Shown piece by piece: positions 57,969-64,000 of a DNA stretch of 64,000 nucleotides. The notes under the pieces are model-generated. The model was given only the letters and a program-made list of their open reading frames with translations, made no database searches and was not told the origin of the DNA. The stretch's first letter is position 1. Each line of letters opens with the position of its first letter. The DNA is taken from the IMG/VR virus record IMGVR_UViG_3300032083_003484, positions 1 to 64,000 of that record; one strand, written 5' to 3'. Both the position numbers and the translations under genes were made by a program. This DNA is from a virus.

Positions 57969-58890
57969 TGATAATCTCCGTTTTGTATTTAATAACTGCT
58001 AGTTCTTTAGCCTTAGCTTCTACCATAATATGCATATTGTTATTATAGTTATTAATAGTATTATATATATAGTTAGAATGTTTCTCTTCTCTAATCTTAA
58101 TATTGTTCTGTTCTTCTCTAGCTGACTCTGAGTAATGTACCACAGGGGTGATATCCCCCCAGGTCGACAAAGCTAGTTCTAGCGCATCTTGTTCAGACTG
58201 ACCTCCTGTACAAAGCTTGTGATGGTGGTAATCAAAAACAATAGGGATCCCAGTTTGTTCATGAACCCCTTCGTAAAGATCTTTTGTTGAGTAGAGAGAA
58301 ACCTTATCATCATTTTCCACCGTTAGTCTTGATCTAACTGCTGGAGAAAGTTTGTTTACATTCTCACAAAACGTTTTCAGAGCACTTGGCTTGTCTCCAT
58401 AAGCAGCACCAACGTGAATGTTGATTTTAGCCCAGTGATCTCTTGGGAGACCCATCAAATCCATAACCTTGCCGTGAATCTCCAAATCAGTAATGGTGTT
58501 TTGGACTACACGCTCTTTAGGTGAGGCCAACTTGTTGAAAGGCCCAGGGTGGTATGTAAGTCTATGGTTGTGCTTTTTAGCAAAGTCACCAACTTCTTTT
58601 AGCTTCTTAGAGATCTCCTTGATGTCCGGCATATCATCAATGTTGTAATGAGATGCCCAAGGAAACATGTTAGAACTCATTCGAAAAAACTTTACATTGT
58701 TTTGCTCATTCCACTTGACAATCTCAAGCAGGTCTGTTATATTTAGTAGAGTTAGTTGAGAGGCATAATGGATACCCTTCGCATCAAAAGTTTTTTTAAT
58801 CATTGTTCTGTTAGTAGTGATGCGTTGACTCTTAGGTCGTTCACTGAAACCCATGTTAATGCAAGCGTAGCCGATATAGTCGCTATTCAT
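57961..58890 (-). CDS. uvdE: UV-damage endonuclease
   Basis: IGYACIN, FFRMSS..FP, HPG.F..L.S, INIHVG, LTVENDD, FDYHHH, HYSE, EAKAKE; SD AGGAGG. Confidence 0.93.
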   Translation of the reverse strand: MNSDYIGYACINMGFSERPKSQRITTNRTMIKKTFDAKGIHYASQLTLLNITDLLEIVKWNEQNNVKFFRMSSNMFPWASHYNIDDMPDIKEISKKLKEVGDFAKKHNHRLTYHPGPFNKLASPKERVVQNTITDLEIHGKVMDLMGLPRDHWAKINIHVGAAYGDKPSALKTFCENVNKLSPAVRSRLTVENDDKVSLYSTKDLYEGVHEQTGIPIVFDYHHHKLCTGGQSEQDALELALSTWGDITPVVHYSESAREEQNNIKIREEKHSNYIYNTINNYNNNMHIMVEAKAKELAVIKYKTEIING

Positions 58891-59045
58891 AATCCTCCTG
58901 TGAGTTGGCCCGGAAAGCCCGGTGTGTATATTAGACGAACGAGCGACGGATCTTATCCACTTTTCGAACGCTTTTTTCCGATAAGTTTACCGGTCCTGGC
59001 GGCGCAAGCGACCGACGACCAGTACGAGGCGTTCGGGGAGATGTC

Positions 59046-59255
59046 GTGAGGATACCGAAGTTACCTGACGGCTGGATCTGGCGTTTCGACGACGATGAGG
59101 AGATGCCCTCCTTCGACCTCTTCCATAACACCCTAGGATACCAGGGCTCGGCCTTCCGAGACTCTTGCGAGCCCGAAGGCTATGCCGGAGGACCGGTAGA
59201 CTCTTGGCAAAGCGCCCTTGACCTGCTGGTGGAGATTAAAGTTCCGCTACACTAA
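59046..59255 (+). CDS. Small hypothetical protein in a GC-rich patch
   Basis: GTG start preceded by GGGGAG; 69 aa. Confidence 0.45.
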   Translation: MRIPKLPDGWIWRFDDDEEMPSFDLFHNTLGYQGSAFRDSCEPEGYAGGPVDSWQSALDLLVEIKVPLH

Positions 59256-59337
59256 GGCCCCGACCCACCTACTCGGGACGTCGGAGTAGACGTCCTTCCT
59301 GCAGGAACCTGTCCAGGACGATCCTCGCAGTCCCTTC

Positions 59338-59916
59338 TTACCAAATCTTTTTATCAACTTCGCCAAAAACGGGTGTATCACCTGGCTTGATTGATACTAC
59401 TTCTATCATTGCCGCAGTTAGCACCTCGGCATTATACCTTTCCGCACTTTGTTCTGCCCAGTCCCAACGAGAGTCAATATCGGAAGGCATACGATAATCG
59501 CACCACTTCATTTTATTTTCCTTGTCGATAAAAACACAAACAACGTGCCCGCTTAGCTTTCTAGTATCTCTTGATCGCATTTGGAAGAAAGAAAACCAAA
59601 CTTTTAAAACTAGGTCAGATTTTAGTAGACAAGTAGCCCAGTAAATGCTATGATCATCACAGTCACCAATTAGTTCACCATTAACGATTCTTTTTTGAAT
59701 TTCAGTTGGGTGAGAGAGATTATCGAGCTTTCCTTCCCATTTATCTTTTCGGTACCGCTTGCCCCACTCTAGTCTTTCACCAACTTCACTATACGTAGAA
59801 ACTTTCTCAACAGGAAACTCGTTATTTTTTGTAACCTTCATTGTGAGCCCATACCACCACTTGCCAAAGTTCGGTATAAAGTTCCAAAAAAAGTAAAGTA
59901 ATTTAATTAAAAACAT
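59338..59916 (-). CDS. Transglutaminase-like cysteine protease
   Basis: GDCDDH...GHVVCV...WCDY Cys-His-Asp triad; SD AAGGAG. Confidence 0.7.
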   Translation of the reverse strand: MFLIKLLYFFWNFIPNFGKWWYGLTMKVTKNNEFPVEKVSTYSEVGERLEWGKRYRKDKWEGKLDNLSHPTEIQKRIVNGELIGDCDDHSIYWATCLLKSDLVLKVWFSFFQMRSRDTRKLSGHVVCVFIDKENKMKWCDYRMPSDIDSRWDWAEQSAERYNAEVLTAAMIEVVSIKPGDTPVFGEVDKKIW

Positions 59917-59937
59917 TATTTTATTCTCCTTTATTAA

Positions 59938-60051
59938 TTATTTATTCTTGCTAGCTATAAGGATTATGGTAAATACCACAAGCCACAAAAAAGCAATTGC
60001 AAACAAAGTGCTTTGAACAACTAAATTGTTCTTTATTTTTTCTTTAATCAT
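59938..60051 (-). CDS. 37-aa single-TM protein
   Basis: MIKEKIKNNLVVQSTLFAIAFLWLVVFTIILIASKNK; the part of ORF 59938..60228 that does not overlap the M15 gene. Confidence 0.4.
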   Translation of the reverse strand: MIKEKIKNNLVVQSTLFAIAFLWLVVFTIILIASKNK

Positions 60052-60052
60052 T

Positions 60053-60059
60053 CTATTTA
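60053..60059 (+). promoter_or_regulatory. Candidate late promoter core CTATTTA on the plus strand
   Basis: 20 nt upstream of the ATG (60080) of the plus-strand M15 gene; the motif flips with gene orientation. Confidence 0.45.
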
Positions 60060-60079
60060 CCACAATACATTCCAATAAT

Positions 60080-60721
60080 ATGAAAACCCTATATAACATT
60101 CTAAGAACTGCTTTAAATAGTTTGCGCAACCCAAATGCGCCAGCAGAAGAGGAGACCGATGAAATGCCCAAGACTGATAGATTTAAAGAAATGAACCCTT
60201 TTGAAAGAATTGTAGATCGATTCAACAAGGCAGTTGTCGATCCACAGGACTATGAACTAACTATGGCTGGGTATCAATCTTATCTAGACGCCACAGGTAT
60301 TGTTTTTGTTTCCGCCAAGGAGATGTGCACACCTCACCACCTTGATACTGCCTCTGAGTTGGGCTATGAAGCGTTTGTTCCGAAACACGAATGGTGGGAC
60401 AGGGGTGCTGCGCTAGCGTCCTTCTTCGACTATCTCAGGAAAGATTTAGGAAATCCGATTGTTGTAAGAAACTGGTGGCGCCCAGAAGATTATAATGAAA
60501 AAGTTGGCGGAGCAAAAGCCTCCGATCATATTGGCGCTTATGCTTTTGACATGGATTTCAAGACACAAGATGATCGCCGGCACGTTGAGGCGTTGTTGGA
60601 AGGTTTTTATAACGATCTAGAACTAGGAATGTCTTTAGGTTTAGGCGGTTATACTATCCATCTTGGCCTTCTTTCCGAACGTGGGAACAGACGCTGGTAT
60701 TATAATAGCTACGAAAAGTAA
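60080..60721 (+). CDS. Peptidase M15A-like Zn D-Ala-D-Ala peptidase (endolysin candidate)
   Basis: WWRPEDYNEKVGGAKASDHIGAYAFDM...TIHLG; start moved to the ATG at 60080. Confidence 0.8.
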   Translation: MKTLYNILRTALNSLRNPNAPAEEETDEMPKTDRFKEMNPFERIVDRFNKAVVDPQDYELTMAGYQSYLDATGIVFVSAKEMCTPHHLDTASELGYEAFVPKHEWWDRGAALASFFDYLRKDLGNPIVVRNWWRPEDYNEKVGGAKASDHIGAYAFDMDFKTQDDRRHVEALLEGFYNDLELGMSLGLGGYTIHLGLLSERGNRRWYYNSYEK

Positions 60722-60742
60722 ACTTTAGAAAGCTTAATGATG

Positions 60743-60762
60743 TGCCCCCTTGAGCGGGGGCA
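60743..60762. terminator. Hairpin between convergent genes
   Basis: TGCCCCC-TTGAGC-GGGGGCA. Confidence 0.55.
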
Positions 60763-60768
60763 GTAAAT

Positions 60769-60882
60769 TTACTCTGCTTTCTTAAGAACGCTGAGGTATT
60801 TACGATAACACCACTTCAAGCCTTCCCAAACGAAAGGTGAAGCAACGGCGCCACAAACGACGCCCCACATAAATGCTGACAT
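60769..60882 (-). CDS. 37-aa membrane peptide (not in ORF track)
   Basis: MSAFMWGVVCGAVASPFVWEGLKWCYRKYLSVLKKAE*; SD AAGGAG, own CTATTTA motif and downstream hairpin. Confidence 0.7.
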   Translation of the reverse strand: MSAFMWGVVCGAVASPFVWEGLKWCYRKYLSVLKKAE

Positions 60883-60924
60883 AATGATACTCCTTTGCAA
60901 GCTGTGGTAAAAATCACCACTACA

Positions 60925-60934
60925 ATAAATAGTT
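60925..60934 (-). promoter_or_regulatory. Candidate late promoter AACTATTTAT
   Basis: Intergenic, upstream of the 37-aa ORF. Confidence 0.6.
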
Positions 60935-60958
60935 AAGTAAAGGTTTTAAAGTATTTTG

Positions 60959-61783
60959 TTATAAATAAGGCTTGACAATGTTATTTGCCCTTAGAAAATT
61001 ATTTATAATAGACGGACGAGCTGAAATTCCAAAACTATCAACAGAAGAATTTGAAGCAACTTGCAATCCAAACAGTTTTTCACCTAAATAAATTGCAGAT
61101 CCGGATTGACCAGAAGATGTGGGAATAGAATGCATGAAAAAGTTGTTTCCATCTAAGTTATTTGGAAGCTGACAAAAGTCGTCACACCAACCTCCCCAGT
61201 ATCCTTCAAACAAAAGCAGCCCAAAAGAAGGAAACGTGCGGAAAAACCCTCTTGGTGCGCCCCAATTGCGAAGTTCAGCAAAGATTTTTATGTTTTCTTC
61301 ATCAGCAATAGCATAAATTTCATGATCAAAGTCGCCTTGAAGCCAAATCAAGCATAAATCAACATCCGGATTTTGCGCAACCACCCAGCCATCACCGGTT
61401 TCGCCCGCCAAGTTCTCACCAGAAAAAGAATATTTAAAATTAACGCTATAATCAATGTGCTCTGGCTCCGGCCCAAACAAATCTTCGGGGTCAGAATGGC
61501 AAAAATGATCAACAGTTAAGATAAAACAGCCGTCTTCATCGCTTTTGATACAAACACCGCCGGCAGACCACCAGCCATAAGGTATTTCATTGCCCTCAAA
61601 ACGCATTGTAAGCGCTTTGGAGAGTTGAACATAGGCAAGGGCCGGGACAAAACCTTCGGAGGCAGCAGAAGACGTTTGAGGAAGATTGTTTCCTTTACAA
61701 TCAAACAAAGAAAAACAAAAAATCGCAATAAAAATCATTCGCCGCATAAAATAAATAGAAACCGCAAGTAAAAATAACCACAA
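60959..61783 (-). CDS. Trypsin-like serine protease with signal/lipoprotein-type N-terminus
   Basis: LTVDHFC, DLCLI, GQSGSAI catalytic triad; true start may be MRRMIF near 61747. Confidence 0.8.
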   Translation of the reverse strand: MWLFLLAVSIYFMRRMIFIAIFCFSLFDCKGNNLPQTSSAASEGFVPALAYVQLSKALTMRFEGNEIPYGWWSAGGVCIKSDEDGCFILTVDHFCHSDPEDLFGPEPEHIDYSVNFKYSFSGENLAGETGDGWVVAQNPDVDLCLIWLQGDFDHEIYAIADEENIKIFAELRNWGAPRGFFRTFPSFGLLLFEGYWGGWCDDFCQLPNNLDGNNFFMHSIPTSSGQSGSAIYLGEKLFGLQVASNSSVDSFGISARPSIINNFLRANNIVKPYL

Positions 61784-61789
61784 AATTTT

Positions 61790-61975
61790 TTATTTATTTA
61801 AGCTTTCCCAAACTGTTTCAAATAAATAATGTAAAAACATCATCAAGAAAGTTAAAAAAATTGTAAGCGTTAAAGATTTTTTAAGTTCGCCAATCCAAAT
61901 CCAAGAAACGGTACCGGCCACTGTGGTAGAAAAAATTCGCCAAACAATAACTTTGTAAATTAAAGGTTTTTTCAT
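61790..61975 (-). CDS. Small membrane protein (DUF2061-like)
   Basis: KVIVWRIFST...HYLFETVW. Confidence 0.6.
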   Translation of the reverse strand: MKKPLIYKVIVWRIFSTTVAGTVSWIWIGELKKSLTLTIFLTFLMMFLHYLFETVWESLNK

Positions 61976-61984
61976 AATTTAGAT

Positions 61985-62016
61985 AAAAGAAAAGGGCGGG
62001 AAGAACCCGCCCTTTC
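61985..62016 (-). terminator. Rho-independent terminator after the ECF sigma gene
   Basis: AAAGGGCGGG-TTCTT-CCCGCCCTTT followed by a U-rich tail on the minus strand. Confidence 0.9.
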
Positions 62017-62040
62017 ATTATAACATAACTTTAAAGTTGT

Positions 62041-63192
62041 TTATAGACCCAAAGTCTCTTTTACGACTGCAGCAATTGTTTCTTCTAAAGAAAGTTCTTC
62101 GTTTTTGCGATATCTTTCATCTGGTCGCCTAGGAAACATAGATCCTCGCCTAGTGGCTGTCGCCGGCGTTGGGTTTGGTGATGAGCCGGCCATTGATCCT
62201 CGCTTTGGAAGTTCATAGTCCAAGTCGATTCCGGGCTCCATAAGGTCGGCATCCGGATCTTCTGGCATACCCTGGTATTCGGCGTCCTCATAGTTCATAA
62301 GATCATCTATAGCGCCCTCAGCTTCTTTCTCGCTCCGAAATCGGAACCCAGGCCGAACGTTGTGTATTTCTTTAAACATATCTGAAAAAAGATCGTTTAG
62401 ATAATCCAAGCCCATTTCCGGCTTGGCTGTTTCGCCTTCTCGGATATCGCCGGGCTTCACACCACCAGCAAATGCGATTCGAAGAGTTTTCTTGACGCCT
62501 TCATCACCTGGAGAGTGCAGCCATCGATCAATTCTTTCACGTGACCGAGAAATTTCACGACCAACTTCTCCGACAGTGTTATAACCAAGCTCGACACGCA
62601 GTTCCTCGACTGACTTTGGATCGGCCGCAAACTGATTTAGGGTAACAATTTTTTGCCGATCGTTGAGGTTGACTTTGTCATCCTTGATTGCTTGGACCAT
62701 AGCATCGAAAGCTTCATTGCGCTCTTTGTCAAGAAGAATCTGCTCGGGGTTCTTAATTTTTGGAACCAACGGATAGATTTCGCTCTTGTCGGACATACTT
62801 GTGATATCCGGCTCGCCTTCAGCTGCGCCGCCACCGGCAAAAGGAAGCTCTTTGCGTCCTGCTCGGAAACTGTCAATTAATGCATTTTTCACAATAGCGC
62901 CGGCCCAAGTGGAGAATGCAGAATCTCCTCGGAACCCACCAATTTGAGTCATGATTTTGATAAGGGCGCTTTGCATTGCGTCCTCGGCGTCAGCTTCGTT
63001 TCCGCCGGCTAGCTTAAGCGCAAGAAAACGATGCTTTTTTGAAAGTCTGGTTAGAAGTTCTTCCATTGCCGGACTATTTGGGTTTTCTTTGGCTTTGGCA
63101 GCAAGCGCTTCCATGCTGTCCCCTTTCTCTTCATCAATGCGTGCAATCTCCTCTTGGATGATTTGCAGCAGCCTAGTTTTCTTGATTTTCAC
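62041..63192 (-). CDS. RpoE-like ECF sigma factor with N-terminal leader and C-terminal extension
   Basis: Region 2 DAEDAMQSALIKI...FRGDSAFSTWAGAIVKNALID; region 4 LNDRQK...SVEELRVELG..VGEVGREISRSR; SD AAGGAG, GTG start. Confidence 0.85.
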   Translation of the reverse strand: MKIKKTRLLQIIQEEIARIDEEKGDSMEALAAKAKENPNSPAMEELLTRLSKKHRFLALKLAGGNEADAEDAMQSALIKIMTQIGGFRGDSAFSTWAGAIVKNALIDSFRAGRKELPFAGGGAAEGEPDITSMSDKSEIYPLVPKIKNPEQILLDKERNEAFDAMVQAIKDDKVNLNDRQKIVTLNQFAADPKSVEELRVELGYNTVGEVGREISRSRERIDRWLHSPGDEGVKKTLRIAFAGGVKPGDIREGETAKPEMGLDYLNDLFSDMFKEIHNVRPGFRFRSEKEAEGAIDDLMNYEDAEYQGMPEDPDADLMEPGIDLDYELPKRGSMAGSSPNPTPATATRRGSMFPRRPDERYRKNEELSLEETIAAVVKETLGL

Positions 63193-63223
63193 TTTAAAAA
63201 ACTCCTTATAAGTTATGTTTTGT

Positions 63224-63234
63224 TATAAATAGTT
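63224..63234 (-). promoter_or_regulatory. Candidate late promoter AACTATTTATA
   Basis: Between the upstream terminator and the ECF sigma SD. Confidence 0.65.
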
Positions 63235-63243
63235 AGTCAAAAC

Positions 63244-63274
63244 AAAAAAAGCCCCGCCGAAAAAGGCGGGGCTT
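63244..63274 (-). terminator. Rho-independent terminator
   Basis: AAGCCCCGCC-TTTTTC-GGCGGGGCTT followed by a T-run on the minus strand. Confidence 0.9.
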
Positions 63275-63295
63275 GGATTCGCAAGATTTTTTTTC

Positions 63296-63556
63296 TTAGA
63301 AGTCTATGCCGTCATCGTTTGCCGGGAGGGCTTCGGAAGTTTCCGCATTTCTTAGCGCATCAACTTCTGCATTTGCGTGAGCGGATGCCTCATCGACATC
63401 AGCACCGGCAGCTTCGGCTTCTTCGAAAGCGCTTTTCCAAAATTCCCACTCTGCGTCGGTAAGACCTTCAATTGGCATGGGGCTTTTGGATTCGGCAAGA
63501 GCAGCCTCAAGCTCTTCTTTGATAATCTTGACAAGTTTTTGTTTTGTGATTTTCAT
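63296..63556 (-). CDS. Small acidic protein with MKITKQKLVKIIKEE leader
   Basis: SD AAGGAG; leader shared with the ECF sigma. Confidence 0.7.
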   Translation of the reverse strand: MKITKQKLVKIIKEELEAALAESKSPMPIEGLTDAEWEFWKSAFEEAEAAGADVDEASAHANAEVDALRNAETSEALPANDDGIDF

Positions 63557-63577
63557 TATAATCTCCTTTAGTTTATT

Positions 63578-64000
63578 TTAATCCAAGCGAGCAAGTCGTG
63601 GGTTTGGGGCAATTGAAAGCTCGGCATCACCAATAAGCAGCACTTCACCTTCGGTCCAAGCAACAAGCGGGATTGGGTTTCCGTTAACAGCGTCGTGCCC
63701 GCCGGAACCAATTGTTGGGACAGCAGAAACACCAAAGTTGGCCAAGGGTGAAAGCTCATTGGCGGCGCAAAGCCCATCTTGATTAAAATCTTGCCAAACA
63801 ACCAACCCAGAAAAAATTTTATCATTTTTTGTTATAAGGTTGTCCATGTCTAAATCAAAAGAAGCAAGGTGGTCAAATCCGTCGGTCCAATCGCCTTGAA
63901 CGTTTCCAAAAAGTTCTGCGCCGGAAGTTATAACGCCATCACCATTCCAATCATAAGCCAAAAAGCCGTCGCCACCATTAGGCCATGCAATTGCTTGTTC
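63578..64000 (-). CDS. Ca2+-binding protein with FrpC self-processing-module-like domain (5' end outside window)
   Basis: Frame stays open to the window edge: EQAIAWPNGGDGFLAYDWNGDGVITSGAELFG...DGFDHLASFDLDMDNLI...FSGLVVWQDFNQDG...NEL. Confidence 0.75.
   Translation of the reverse strand, partial: EQAIAWPNGGDGFLAYDWNGDGVITSGAELFGNVQGDWTDGFDHLASFDLDMDNLITKNDKIFSGLVVWQDFNQDGLCAANELSPLANFGVSAVPTIGSGGHDAVNGNPIPLVAWTEGEVLLIGDAELSIAPNPRLARLD

Noticed and set aside
58953-58961. TTATCCACT as a DnaA box or replication origin
   Set aside because: Single 8/9 match with no cluster or AT-rich unwinding element; better explained as part of the uvdE upstream region.
486-63571. Many short plus-strand ORFs in the six-frame track
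   Set aside because: Antisense shadows of long minus-strand genes; Ser/Phe/Leu-rich, no SD or motifs. Only 59046..59255 and 60080..60721 were kept.
1-64000. Stop-codon reassignment, inteins or self-splicing introns
   Set aside because: Conserved genes are intact under the standard code, TAA/TAG/TGA all terminate genes, no suppressor tRNA is present, and no intein motifs or unexplained large gaps were seen.

Overview
A 64-kb slice of a large, AT-leaning, T4-like (contractile-tail) phage genome. Almost all genes lie on the minus strand, are tightly packed (frequent TAATG/ATGA coupling) and use the standard genetic code. In transcription order (right to left) it carries: (i) an accessory region with an RpoE-like ECF sigma factor, a FrpC-type self-processing-module homologue, several peptidases and cell-wall enzymes, UvdE, and a 916-aa RNA/DNA-ligase-like plus HIGH-nucleotidyltransferase fusion; (ii) a translation module with tmRNA (tag ANNNVEFDSVALAA), a minimal TilS next to a CAU-anticodon tRNA, a 3'-half tRNA relic and tRNA-Asn; (iii) PMM, PIN-PhoH and a Cas4-like nuclease; (iv) an ~11-kb nucleotide-sugar/glycosyltransferase locus with an AT-rich swapped-in core; (v) a gp55-like late sigma factor; (vi) a ~32-kb baseplate/tail block (gp5-like lysin, gp25, gp6, gp7-like giant protein); (vii) RuvC, primase and SbcD/gp47. 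A recurrent strand-oriented CTATTTA motif upstream of genes is a candidate late promoter. The main hypotheses are: a late-expressed, leader-tagged, protease-processed virion cargo set that includes the ECF sigma factor and the ligase-NTase polyprotein; virion glycosylation at [ST]-[GAS]-[ST] sites; and tRNA excision that removes a stop codon and so feeds the phage's own tmRNA. All family calls come from motifs recognised by eye, not from database searches.
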